This document shows, piece by piece, positions 16,892 to 26,217 of a DNA stretch of 39,434 nt (the first letter of the stretch is position 1; each line of letters begins with the position of its first letter). The stretch is from a virus (taxonomy: Duplodnaviria > Heunggongvirae > Uroviricota > Caudoviricetes): IMG/VR virus record IMGVR_UViG_2541047689_000010; one strand, 5' to 3'. The notes below the pieces were generated by a model that saw only the letters and a list, made by a program, of their open reading frames with translations, was not told where the DNA came from and ran no database searches. The position numbers were made by a program, and so were the translations under genes.

Positions 16892-19362
16892 CAGAATCCC
16901 CCAACAGTAAGGCGAGGAATAACGGCAAGAACAGACAGCGGCAACGGGTCAAGCTGACGGATTCTTACACGTCCGTTTTTGCCCCAGTTACTGTCCAGTT
17001 TCACTTCTACTTTTCCGGTAGCGTCATCAACAGGATCATCGTAGAACTCGAATTCACGCTGTGGATATTCGTACCATTTACCGCCGGGCGTAGTCGCCCA
17101 GATGCCGCGACTGGCATTCACAACCAGAGTAACGGACGGGATCACCAGTTTTTTGTCCAGCAGCGTTTCCTGTCCGTTAATGTTGATATCCAGTGTTTCG
17201 AATTCAGCAGTTATTGGCAGGCCGATGTGCACTACAGCCCCCGGAGATTCCAGCGTGACGGCACCTCCGGAAACCACTTTCTGTGGTTCCACGTTCGCAT
17301 CAGAGAGAATGTTTACGGCCTGGCCTTCAAGATGAGACAGGCCTCCAAATGTCCGGCGCGCCATCTGCCAGTTCGTGGTGGCCACACTCCTGAGGGATGG
17401 CGGGACGTTCCTGTTAGCACGAACCACTACAGCGGTATTGCTGGTTACAGAAATAATGTCGCAACGTAATTCTTTTGACACTTCATCGCCAGTATCAGGA
17501 TCAGTTCCGGTATAAGGGAACTGTAGTTGCGCGCCGACATCACTACTGGTGAAGTACGCACCACCAGAAACACTGATTGTATATTCCGCACGGTAATCCC
17601 ATTCACCAGAACCACCAGTGATGGTCATCGTTCTGTCAGACGTATTTCTTCCATCATAGCTAAGGCCAGAATCAACAAAGAAAGCATCTTCATCGCTGAT
17701 AAATAAACGGCTGGACAGCCGCTCGATGTATCTCACTGTTTGCCCGTTAACGGTTCGGTTAACGACGAAATACACCGCATCTTCATTTCCTTCGCTGATA
17801 CTGCATGTGCTTTCATATTTTCCGGTACTGGACTGTGGTGCCCATGCAAAAACCTGTTGATCACGCAAATAGGTCATCACCAGTAATTTACCGTCATCAC
17901 GAATGCAGAAGGCGCTGGAGTAAGGGACAATAGAGAAGCACCAGTCAACGATGCTGTGCTTCTGAAAAAGATGATTAGCAAGGATGGTCAGGTCGTTCCC
18001 CTGATAGCCGTCAACATCGAATGAGTAGGCCAGATCACGGACAACACTGCCTTTCTCCTGGACGAACAGAGCAATATTCGCCACAGCAATTGGTGGGACG
18101 TTGCTTGAGCCATTTGATCCCTGAGAGCTGAATGCAAATGATGATGGGGTTAACACTTTGTTCTGGTCGCCGGTGATGACGTACTCACCTCCGGAAGTCA
18201 GCGCCACCAGAGAGCCAACATCAATCAGGTGACGGATCTCATTAACCTGACGCCCGGCATAGGTGTAGATAATTCTGTCGTCATCCTGCGTAGGATTGCT
18301 TTTGCCAAAATCCTTATAATCCCCGGTACGGCTGGCCCAGATAGTCTGAGGGAACGCAGTCGATGCGGCGAAGTAAAGACGTTGTTGATAATAAACAACA
18401 GTGCCAGGATAACCATTAACACTGTTCCAGGCATATTTAGCCCATTTATAGCTGGCATTATCCTCGCCAACGACCTGCGAAGGGATATAGGAAATCACCT
18501 CGGCAGTTGCAGTAGTTCCATTTGCAGCAGTGATACGGGCAATGCCAAAACCACTGTGCAGATATTCCCACTCAATGCCAGTATCATCATCACCGGATCC
18601 GCCCCAGCCATCCCATGATGTGCCTTCTGTATGCGAAGGGCGCAAAGTGCCTGTTTTGCCTGCTGTAACGGCGCGATAGTAGTTACTGTCTGCACGGCGA
18701 ATATCGCCAATCGACGTACTCTTACTGGTTTCCCATACCGGCACTGAATCCACTGCAGGCTGTTCCAGATAGAACAATTTGCCTACCTGCTCCGCGCCAA
18801 AAATAGAGGCGCTTGCCGTTAACGTAATTGTCCCGGTGCTGGCGCTGGCATAAACCGTCACTGACTCGTCAATATTGATATCTTCAAATGGCCCGTTCTT
18901 CGTTACCACATCAACCAGTTGCCAGTTGTCATGCGCGTAGCGGCGCAACTCTTTCGGCGGGTATGCCGGGTGAACCAGCGTAAGCACGTCGGCGCTTTGC
19001 GTGAATTTAATTCGGAACAGATCGGCTTCAGTATATGGCGTGGCAATTTCATAAATAACATTGCTGCTGTTCAGCACCAACGCACCATCTTTGATAACGC
19101 GCATGTACTGGTGCCCGAACTCCAGAGCATAGGTCTGAACCGTCGAGAACTGGAACGGGATCAGGCGGCATTTCCGATTTGGGTATTTGGCGGCACCAAC
19201 AAAACGCGTACCAGGTCGATTCTCAACGCCGCCATACTGCCGCACGATAAAGTTATCGCACTTGCGCAATGCCACCTGGTACTTCGCCATGTCGATACGA
19301 CCGTACAACGACGGTCCAATCTCACCACCGGCAAAGCTGGGCTGGATCCAACTGATAGCCAT
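16891..19362 (-). CDS. Tail hub/tail tubular-like structural protein (823 aa)
   Basis: Size and position downstream of head genes; Gly/Thr/Ser-rich beta-type composition. Confidence 0.6.
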   Translation of the reverse strand: MAISWIQPSFAGGEIGPSLYGRIDMAKYQVALRKCDNFIVRQYGGVENRPGTRFVGAAKYPNRKCRLIPFQFSTVQTYALEFGHQYMRVIKDGALVLNSSNVIYEIATPYTEADLFRIKFTQSADVLTLVHPAYPPKELRRYAHDNWQLVDVVTKNGPFEDINIDESVTVYASASTGTITLTASASIFGAEQVGKLFYLEQPAVDSVPVWETSKSTSIGDIRRADSNYYRAVTAGKTGTLRPSHTEGTSWDGWGGSGDDDTGIEWEYLHSGFGIARITAANGTTATAEVISYIPSQVVGEDNASYKWAKYAWNSVNGYPGTVVYYQQRLYFAASTAFPQTIWASRTGDYKDFGKSNPTQDDDRIIYTYAGRQVNEIRHLIDVGSLVALTSGGEYVITGDQNKVLTPSSFAFSSQGSNGSSNVPPIAVANIALFVQEKGSVVRDLAYSFDVDGYQGNDLTILANHLFQKHSIVDWCFSIVPYSSAFCIRDDGKLLVMTYLRDQQVFAWAPQSSTGKYESTCSISEGNEDAVYFVVNRTVNGQTVRYIERLSSRLFISDEDAFFVDSGLSYDGRNTSDRTMTITGGSGEWDYRAEYTISVSGGAYFTSSDVGAQLQFPYTGTDPDTGDEVSKELRCDIISVTSNTAVVVRANRNVPPSLRSVATTNWQMARRTFGGLSHLEGQAVNILSDANVEPQKVVSGGAVTLESPGAVVHIGLPITAEFETLDININGQETLLDKKLVIPSVTLVVNASRGIWATTPGGKWYEYPQREFEFYDDPVDDATGKVEVKLDSNWGKNGRVRIRQLDPLPLSVLAVIPRLTVGGF

Positions 19363-19967
19363 CAGGACAACCTCGCAATGGTAAACTCGTCAACCGGTGG
19401 CTGTGGTTCCTGTGATTCATTCTGGCTATGCGAGCCAGCACTAAGAATCACGCGATTGTACATATTGAGGGCAAACGTACCGAGGTCTGCATTCCCAGTC
19501 AGCGCCATGTTAATAGCTGCCGCAAGACGCCAAGCCAACGCCTCCATAAAAATGGCATCAAACATGTTCACATCTGTAACGCGAGAGACATACTTGAGCC
19601 ATGCCTGCGGCTGGTCTGTGTAGATCAATTTTCCTGTTCCGTTGGTGTCTGCACCAACTTCGTACTGAACACGCATTGCTGCTGTTGGATTGCGTACACC
19701 AGGAAGCATAATTTCAGTAATGCGCAGACAATCGGACGGGTACTGATACGCATATTCCCAGTCAGGCGGTGGATTGCTCGTATCTGCAAGCGCCACGCGT
19801 TTGGTAGCAAAGTTCCAGTCAAAATCAGAAAGCACAGCATCACGGCAGGCCTCAAAGTGCAGCGAACATTCCCCCGCTTCCTTGCTGGCTTCCGTCAGGC
19901 TGTTAATGCTGCGGCTGTTGCCAATATTGGACAGCGCACGATTACAGATCTCTACTACAGAGGCCAT
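19362..19967 (-). CDS. Head-tail adaptor / tail tubular-like protein (201 aa)
   Basis: Position between head genes and large tail protein. Confidence 0.5.
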   Translation of the reverse strand: MASVVEICNRALSNIGNSRSINSLTEASKEAGECSLHFEACRDAVLSDFDWNFATKRVALADTSNPPPDWEYAYQYPSDCLRITEIMLPGVRNPTAAMRVQYEVGADTNGTGKLIYTDQPQAWLKYVSRVTDVNMFDAIFMEALAWRLAAAINMALTGNADLGTFALNMYNRVILSAGSHSQNESQEPQPPVDEFTIARLS

Positions 19968-20296
19968 TACTCACCCCCATTGCCGTACAGAGTTTCAGCC
20001 GCTGATTTTTCTACATCCCCGGAAACAGGAGCGATCGCCATATCAGTGATCTGCAGATCGGCGCTGCGATTAACACCATCGTCAGTTTCTCTGGCAGACA
20101 GGCCTCGAATAACAGCCTTTGCAGTTATCATCACTTCTGTTCCGACGCCCTGAGGTTGCGCCTTCAGCTTATTCAATGTGTCGTTATTAAGAGTGATGCA
20201 CAGCCCCCACGGGTATTCATCGCGAGTTCTGGTTTCTCCGCTCTCATCCTGGTAGCTGTCAGTGCCGGTTTTGAGGTTTACGAGTTCCATATACAC
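19967..20296 (-). CDS. Small virion protein (109 aa)
   Basis: Position; compact packing. Confidence 0.5.
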   Translation of the reverse strand: MYMELVNLKTGTDSYQDESGETRTRDEYPWGLCITLNNDTLNKLKAQPQGVGTEVMITAKAVIRGLSARETDDGVNRSADLQITDMAIAPVSGDVEKSAAETLYGNGGE

Positions 20297-20340
20297 TCCT
20301 GCAATAAAGGGGCCGAAGCCCCTTGTCGGATTCGCGAGGC

Positions 20341-20685
20341 TTACACGCCCAGTTCTTTACGCTTATCTGCGATCTTCTCGCGGAGCGTTTCGGCTTTGGC
20401 GTTATGGTGTGGCTTCTCGTTAAAGAGCAATTCGTACTCTTCACGGAGCTTATCCAGTTCACCATCATCTGACACATCGTTGATGATTTTGGTGCTGGTT
20501 GCTGCCATAGACACCTTTCCTGCTACCTTTGCTTTTGCCTGTCTGGCTGCATCGTTAACAGGTTCCAGTGCGCTACCAGGCTCACCTTCGTATTCGATTT
20601 CTGCCCCCTCCGGCCACAGTGTGTTATGGATATGAGAGAGGCGCAGAACGCGGTATCTTGGTTTCTCACCTGACATCGATATCAC
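20341..20685 (-). CDS. Small virion-associated protein (114 aa)
   Basis: Position; compact packing. Confidence 0.5.
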   Translation of the reverse strand: MISMSGEKPRYRVLRLSHIHNTLWPEGAEIEYEGEPGSALEPVNDAARQAKAKVAGKVSMAATSTKIINDVSDDGELDKLREEYELLFNEKPHHNAKAETLREKIADKRKELGV

Positions 20686-20686
20686 C

Positions 20687-21124
20687 TTAACCAGTTACTT
20701 TTGAGCGGATCGGATACGGCGTATTGGCATCAACATCAAGACTGATACCAGCAGTGAATTCGCCAGCCGTTAGTGGGCCAGTTGCGACGGAGTAGTTAAC
20801 ACGCAGATATCGCTGAACACCGGCAGGCACCTTTGCAGAAACAACTCGTTTACCTGCTGTCATGGCGGTCTTTGCCAGTGCGCCACTATCATAAATAGTG
20901 GTCCATGAGCTGTTATTCTCACTCGTCTGCAACTGGATGTTTACAGTTGCATCACCGCTTGCCGCGGCGGCTGTGTTAACCAGCGCCCAAAACTCAAGCG
21001 GGTAACCCACGCCGATATCACGACGTTTTCCGTCAATTGGACCGAGATCGATTACGTCAGTAGAAGCCGCGGTATTCGTAACCGCCTGAGCTTCGGAGAA
21101 CATCAACAGTTTGTCGGTGATCAT
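20687..21124 (-). CDS. Putative capsid decoration/accessory protein (145 aa)
   Basis: Immediately downstream of major capsid gene; Ala/Thr/Val-rich beta-type composition. Confidence 0.5.
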   Translation of the reverse strand: MITDKLLMFSEAQAVTNTAASTDVIDLGPIDGKRRDIGVGYPLEFWALVNTAAAASGDATVNIQLQTSENNSSWTTIYDSGALAKTAMTAGKRVVSAKVPAGVQRYLRVNYSVATGPLTAGEFTAGISLDVDANTPYPIRSKVTG

Positions 21125-21175
21125 CTTCTTTCTCCATTAGTGGGTCTGTTACGATCCACAGGTTAATAACAGGCG

Positions 21176-22168
21176 TTACACCACGCGGGCTTCTGTTTCC
21201 AGAAGCGCATCAGTTTCACGGATTGGTACACCACGGAATGAAGTCCACCACTCGCCTTCTGTCTCTTTTACGCTGATCGCCAGAGATGTTTTCTCCAGAG
21301 ATTGCAGATCAAGAGCCTGGCCTACAGTGCGGTTCATGTAGAACACCGGGCGACCCATGCCACGATTTGGAATGCGATGCAGTGCTTTAACCATCAACTT
21401 CGCAATATTTGCGGCAGAGGAAGGTTCTGAAAGATTGCTGACATCGATGTTTGCAATGCGAACAACATAACGCCAGTCACGCAGAGCAAGTCCGTTGTCC
21501 CATTTGTAATGGGTACGGTAGCCTTCGTACTTGCCGCCATTCGCATCTTCCAGTGTCACCTGGCCTTTATCTTCCATCTGGATGCCAGCCTTCTGCCCTT
21601 TCGGGAAGATGCCATGCACGGTGTTTTCGCCCCACACCACTAACCAGATTGAGGTGTTATCTGTACCCGTGCCACCAGCATCAATGATGTTCTGAGCATT
21701 ACCCGCAGACAGGCTGGAATAGCGGGAGGACAGTCCCATAAACTGCTGAGGGTTAACGCTGGAATCACCATAAAACAACGTCTGCGCCATCTGCTGATTC
21801 ATCGCTTCAATAAATGCGCGGTCTTCAGACAGGCGGAATTCGGCGGTATTACCGTTCAGATCAGCCAGTGACTTATCGACTTCAGCATAGGTTTCCAGCA
21901 TTCCAACGGAATCGGTGACCTGCACTGTGGTTGATTTGCTTGGCTGTACGCCATAGTTCAGCAAACGCCAGGTGGCCGAAGGTAAACCAGAACGAATGGT
22001 GGTTCGGTGTCCGGTAGGAAGGTTCCCTTCGACAAAAGGCATATCCTGAAGGATCGGGTTAGTTTGACCGAGAAGCTCGATAATCTTATCGACTTTCCCG
22101 TTTGGATCGACGCGCTTACCCCAGTCAGCCAGCGTTAGCGCAGTTAAGCCTTTAACAGCCATTGTCAT
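21176..22168 (-). CDS. Major capsid protein
   Basis: 330 aa, directly after scaffold gene and before decoration-like gene; size and order typical of HK97-fold capsid proteins. Confidence 0.7.
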   Translation of the reverse strand: MTMAVKGLTALTLADWGKRVDPNGKVDKIIELLGQTNPILQDMPFVEGNLPTGHRTTIRSGLPSATWRLLNYGVQPSKSTTVQVTDSVGMLETYAEVDKSLADLNGNTAEFRLSEDRAFIEAMNQQMAQTLFYGDSSVNPQQFMGLSSRYSSLSAGNAQNIIDAGGTGTDNTSIWLVVWGENTVHGIFPKGQKAGIQMEDKGQVTLEDANGGKYEGYRTHYKWDNGLALRDWRYVVRIANIDVSNLSEPSSAANIAKLMVKALHRIPNRGMGRPVFYMNRTVGQALDLQSLEKTSLAISVKETEGEWWTSFRGVPIRETDALLETEARVV

Positions 22169-22176
22169 TTCCTCTC

Positions 22177-22872
22177 TTATTTGCCATAGAGCACTTCGGC
22201 CGCACTACGCTGGCCTTCATTACCACCGGTGACCATGCCATCTTCAGACATCGCCTTTCCGATTTTCACGAACGTTTTGACCAGATCAGGGTGATTACCC
22301 AGCCCGGTGGTGTTCAGATATTCTTTGAGCTCAGGTGTCCCGAACTGGTCAAGCGCACGCTGTGCGGCGCTAAGGTTAGAAATCAACTTGTCGCCACCGA
22401 TTTCTTTGTCAGCTTTTACATCCGCAGCCCACTGCTCGGTTGTTTTCTGCCAGGCTTCTGCCTGGCGCTGCTGAACACCTGCCAGAATCTTCGGATAAGC
22501 ATCAACCAGCTTTTGCGCTTGCTCGTTGGTCAGGTTAAGTCCTCGCGCCACAGGCTCGAATTCCTTCAACGCTTCTGTATCCAGCTCTACGCCTTCGGCA
22601 GCCTGAAACTCGTACTTCTCAGGCGCACCCTCTGGTTTATTGCCGTCCTTTTTTTCATCCTGCTTATCGTTTTCAGGCTTTTTGTCATCAGCAGGTTTAT
22701 CGCCATCAGCAACAGGTTGTGGCTTATCACCTTCCTGTTGTGATGGATCACCAACTGGAGCATGGTTATCACCTGCAGGCGCTGATGGTTCTGACGCAGC
22801 CGGAGCTGCTCCACCATCGACTGGTTGCTCATTGCAAAGACGGCGATACAGCAAACGCTCAAATAAATTCAT
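22177..22872 (-). CDS. Scaffolding protein
   Basis: Start at ATG (MNLFERL...) with AGGAG SD; acidic, Pro/Ala/Lys/Asp-rich low-complexity N-terminal region and helical C-terminus; between portal and capsid. Confidence 0.6.
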   Translation of the reverse strand: MNLFERLLYRRLCNEQPVDGGAAPAASEPSAPAGDNHAPVGDPSQQEGDKPQPVADGDKPADDKKPENDKQDEKKDGNKPEGAPEKYEFQAAEGVELDTEALKEFEPVARGLNLTNEQAQKLVDAYPKILAGVQQRQAEAWQKTTEQWAADVKADKEIGGDKLISNLSAAQRALDQFGTPELKEYLNTTGLGNHPDLVKTFVKIGKAMSEDGMVTGGNEGQRSAAEVLYGK

Positions 22873-22874
22873 GA

Positions 22875-23171
22875 TCACTCCTGTTCACTGGCCTCTTTGG
22901 CCATCTTCAAATACTGTTCAGGGCAATGCGCCATAACGCGCTGAAACAGTTCCAGCGCCAGATTGCGTTGCCCCTCATTAAATGCCATTGCCATAGCGTC
23001 CATCGGTGAGATAGCGGAAAACACACGGCCTTTCTCCAGCACCGACCAGACAACGCGACGCCCCTGTTCACTGCTCATGACAAAGCGAATGTCATCAATT
23101 TCACGCTGCGCCATGTCACGTTGCTTACGGGCGTTTTCTTCTTTCAGTTGATCGTCTTCGTAATCTGTCAT
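22875..23171 (-). CDS. Small head-associated protein (98 aa)
   Basis: Overlaps portal stop by 4 nt; charged helical. Confidence 0.5.
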   Translation of the reverse strand: MTDYEDDQLKEENARKQRDMAQREIDDIRFVMSSEQGRRVVWSVLEKGRVFSAISPMDAMAMAFNEGQRNLALELFQRVMAHCPEQYLKMAKEASEQE

Positions 23172-24847
23172 TGTGATTGCCCACCCTGACCACTAACTGC
23201 ATTCGCCATAGCTGACAAAACACTCGGATCCGAAGTTTTAGCTTCGCTTAGCGTCTTGGCACCCTGTGCCGCCGCCATCCCCATCGCCATCATTTGTTGC
23301 TGCTGTTGCTGCTGTGCCCGTTGCTGGCGAGCCTGCTCAACCTGTTCCTGCGGAACAATGACGGTTGGAGACACTCCGGACATATCAGCGAATGCATCGA
23401 TCGCCTGATCAACGTTGAGTTTGTCGAGAGCTTCTGGTTTCGCTTGCGCAAGTTGACCAATGAAGTTAACCGTGGACGCCAGACTGGACAGGCCGATAGA
23501 CTTCTGCGCCTGAGCCATGACGGAAATGTATTCGACCTTCAGGGGCATACCTTCCATCGCGTCAGGCGGTGGCGGCAGCATGTTTTTACGCACCATCATC
23601 GAGAAAGCGCGGTCAATGAGAGGGTTAAGACATTCGTCGTTCAGACGCTCCAGAACCGGCCCCAACATCAGAAGTTTTTCTTCTTTCATTTCGATCACCG
23701 CTTCAACAGGCATCGAGCGGGTATTGATGTTCTGCAACATCATGAACAGATCGACAAAGTAGGCGCTGTTAATGATTTGACGAGTGTCCTGAATGTCTGC
23801 TACCAGATCTGCTGTACTGGGGTTAACCAGATAAGCAGGCCTGAAACCATCCTGACCAGTAATCTGATCGATATACGTGATGTCGCCAGGAAGAAGGGAG
23901 GCGCGCTGATTCTTGAGGGAAGTCGGAGCAACCATCGGCGGATTGGTGGCTTTATCAATCAACTGCGACTTGCGCTTCTGGAGAAGCTGCAATGCCTTAA
24001 CAGGTCCAAGCGCCAGCATACCCGGGCATGATGATCCATAAACATCTTCGCCATTAACTTCCCAGCGCGGAGCCATAATTGGAAACTCATCAAATCCGGA
24101 CTCACGCAACAACTTGTCGTTATCGCCACCAACCTCGTAATAAACCGATTTGAATGGCTTGTTCTTGCTATCCAGCTTCGATGTATCGCGGTCAATGTTC
24201 GGGTAAACCGAATGCATCACGTCAATCCACTTCTCGTAGGTGCCGCTTTCCCACATGCTTTTTACGGATTCGCTGACGTTATTTAGCCCGAACTCCTGAA
24301 CAAGCTGACGAACAGTCATAGAGAACTTGCGAAAACAGGTGTCCACACTGCCACGAGGTGAGTTAGCCAGGTAGTAACTGCCTATCGGGAATGGCATTGT
24401 GCGAATGATGTCCTCGTCATCCTCCAGCACCGCCATTGCACCAGTGCTGTATGTGCCGAGGCTTCCGTATAACTGCGGAAGAGACTGGTAGAGATTCGAC
24501 TTATTGAACATATCGTTCATGCGGTTCTGCACCGCCTCAAGCCACAACTTAACAGGGCCATAATCCATCATTTCAGGATCTGGCGTAGCCAGGCGAAACC
24601 ACGGACGCGCGGGGCTTGTGATGCCTGACATCATGCCGCTGGCGAGAGTGCGCGCCGCCATAGTCCCGGTCGAATCAATAATGCGTGTATTGCGTCGATC
24701 GTTACGGTTGACCTCAGAAGTCAGAAAGCGGGAACCACGCGGGTTGATGTAATCACTCAACTCGCGCCAGTGCGGCTCGAACGACTGACGCTCGCTTTCA
24801 AGTTGTGCGAACTGTTTGTTCAATCGCTCTTTAGTTGTTTCCGCCAT
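23168..24847 (-). CDS. Portal (head-tail connector) protein
   Basis: 559 aa; position after terminase; Gln-rich C-terminal tail (QQRAQQQQQQQMMAMGMAAAQGAK) typical of podovirus portals. Confidence 0.8.
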   Translation of the reverse strand: MAETTKERLNKQFAQLESERQSFEPHWRELSDYINPRGSRFLTSEVNRNDRRNTRIIDSTGTMAARTLASGMMSGITSPARPWFRLATPDPEMMDYGPVKLWLEAVQNRMNDMFNKSNLYQSLPQLYGSLGTYSTGAMAVLEDDEDIIRTMPFPIGSYYLANSPRGSVDTCFRKFSMTVRQLVQEFGLNNVSESVKSMWESGTYEKWIDVMHSVYPNIDRDTSKLDSKNKPFKSVYYEVGGDNDKLLRESGFDEFPIMAPRWEVNGEDVYGSSCPGMLALGPVKALQLLQKRKSQLIDKATNPPMVAPTSLKNQRASLLPGDITYIDQITGQDGFRPAYLVNPSTADLVADIQDTRQIINSAYFVDLFMMLQNINTRSMPVEAVIEMKEEKLLMLGPVLERLNDECLNPLIDRAFSMMVRKNMLPPPPDAMEGMPLKVEYISVMAQAQKSIGLSSLASTVNFIGQLAQAKPEALDKLNVDQAIDAFADMSGVSPTVIVPQEQVEQARQQRAQQQQQQQMMAMGMAAAQGAKTLSEAKTSDPSVLSAMANAVSGQGGQSQ

Positions 24848-24861
24848 TTCAATGACTCCGG

Positions 24862-25068
24862 TTACTGACCAAGCAGCGTTTTACCGCTGGTATTAGCGGT
24901 TGATGTGTCGCCCTGAGAACCGGTAAGCAGCGTAGAACTACGACCAGCAGCAGCGCGACGGCGACGAGTTTCTTCGTCTCGGGCATCAACAACGGCGGAA
25001 TCCTGCTCCTGTGGTGCTGCCTGAACTTCTGGTGTTGCAGGCACTGATGGTGAGCTACCCATGCACAT
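24862..25068 (-). CDS. Possible small protein upstream of portal (frame uncertain)
   Basis: Two overlapping short ORFs in the track; chosen frame has a more protein-like hydrophilic composition. Weak. Confidence 0.3.
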   Translation of the reverse strand: MCMGSSPSVPATPEVQAAPQEQDSAVVDARDEETRRRRAAAGRSSTLLTGSQGDTSTANTSGKTLLGQ

Positions 25069-25157
25069 ATCAATGACTCCGTACGCAATTAAATTATTAC
25101 CAATTTAACCACATATGATTTATTTATCGTAGGCAGTTGACATTTAACGCGCGAATT

Positions 25158-25174
25158 ATTACCCTTCGGGTAAC
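25158..25174. promoter_or_regulatory. Operator-like dyad ATTACC-N5-GGTAAC next to a TTGACA hexamer (25137-25142)
   Basis: Read directly; upstream of tRNA/moron module. Confidence 0.5.
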
Positions 25175-25495
25175 AAAAAAGTTCATTCCGGTTACTAACC
25201 TGACTGGCTTGTCGTTAAATTGAACAGGTGGAGTGAGCTTTTATTTTGAGCAGTACGGCGTATGGCACATGCGACGATAGCGGTCTGGATACGTTTAAGG
25301 GGCACCCTACCTTGCTCGGGCAAACGAACCAGGTAGCCGGAATGTGCAAGTCGAGCGGTTTTATTCCGCGCACGGGGATTCACCATCCCGGCGATTCGGT
25401 GTGACGCCTCGGAAGAGACGAGGGTACAACGATGAGAGCATTTATGGAGCCGCGACAAAGTGTGGCGCCTTAACAGGCTAAGTGCTCTCAGCGTT

Positions 25496-25572
25496 GTGGC
25501 ATTAGCTCAGTTGGACAGAGCAACCGCCTTCTAAGCGGTTGGTCGCAGGTTCGAATCCTGCATGCCACACCA
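25496..25572 (+). tRNA. tRNA-Arg (anticodon UCU, reads AGA)
   Basis: Manual cloverleaf: acceptor GTGGCAT/ATGCCAC, D-arm GCTC...GAGC, anticodon stem ACCGC/GCGGT with loop CTTCTAA, T-arm GCAGG-TTCGAAT-CCTGC, discriminator A and encoded CCA. Confidence 0.8.
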
Positions 25573-25770
25573 GAATCACGCCTAAGGACCGTGATGCCAG
25601 AAGTTCCAGGGGCTTGGCGGTGATGGTTTCCCTTGAAGGACTATCACCGCCCTTTTTACAGCAGGACGCCATTGCGATGACTTCATGCTGTAAACCCGTA
25701 CAGCCACGGAAGGCATAACTCATTGCTTCCAGTTCGCCCGGTTCGCCGGGCATTTTTTTAAGGTGAGATT

Positions 25771-26127
25771 ATGAACGACCAGCAAATCGAAAAAGAAATC
25801 GTTGAGAAAGGCAAAACCGCTCCGCGAGTTACGCCTCAATATATCGAAAGCATCATTCTTGAAGAGCATTTCTTTACTGCTTATGACGGCATTCGTGCTG
25901 CCAATATGGGCGTTGGCGATTCATGGACAGCGCATAAATCTACAGACCTCCTGACTTTCTGCGTATTGGTACTGAAGAATGGCTTCACCGTCACCGGAGA
26001 GAGTGCCTGTGCAAGTCCGGAAAATTTTGATGCAGAAATTGGTCGGAAGATTGCCCGGCAGAATGCTGTAAACAAAATCTGGATGCTCGAAGGTTACTTG
26101 CTGAAGCAGAAGTTAAGCGAGCAATAA
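25771..26127 (+). CDS. Small conserved prophage protein (118 aa), unknown function; moron co-oriented with the tRNA
   Basis: ATG with SD AAGGTGAG; followed by palindrome copy 2 and an intrinsic terminator. Confidence 0.55.
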   Translation: MNDQQIEKEIVEKGKTAPRVTPQYIESIILEEHFFTAYDGIRAANMGVGDSWTAHKSTDLLTFCVLVLKNGFTVTGESACASPENFDAEIGRKIARQNAVNKIWMLEGYLLKQKLSEQ

Positions 26128-26131
26128 CACC

Positions 26132-26143
26132 GTGACATGTCAC
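26132..26143. repeat. Perfect 12-bp palindrome GTGACATGTCAC, copy 2 of 3
   Basis: Read directly; 4 nt after the stop of 25771-26127 and 4 nt before the terminator stem. Confidence 0.8.
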
Positions 26144-26147
26144 AAAC

Positions 26148-26174
26148 AGCCAGCCGATGAGCTGGCTTTGTTTT
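26148..26174 (+). terminator. Intrinsic terminator
   Basis: AGCCAGC-cgatga-GCTGGCT followed by TTGTTTT. Confidence 0.65.
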
Positions 26175-26217
26175 ATCCTCACCAGAGGATATCAACGACA
26201 TTATCCCCACCAGCGGA

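Noticed and set aside
18919-20153. Long plus-strand track ORFs (234 and 241 aa) inside the minus-strand tail and adaptor genes
   Set aside because: They are antisense shadows of long, tightly packed structural genes, with Arg/Cys/His-rich atypical composition and no RBS context.
23294-24031. Plus-strand 245-aa track ORF inside the portal gene
   Set aside because: Antisense shadow ORF within a confidently called portal gene; Leu/Arg/His-rich composition.
25502-25753. Track ORF (83 aa, minus strand) overlapping the tRNA region
   Set aside because: It overlaps a well-formed tRNA-Arg cloverleaf on the opposite strand, and its sequence is low-complexity and unprotein-like; treated as a spurious antisense ORF.
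25771-26127. Assigning the 118-aa moron protein to a named prophage protein family
   Set aside because: I have only a vague recollection of a similar small prophage protein family and cannot verify the match without a search; left as unknown function.
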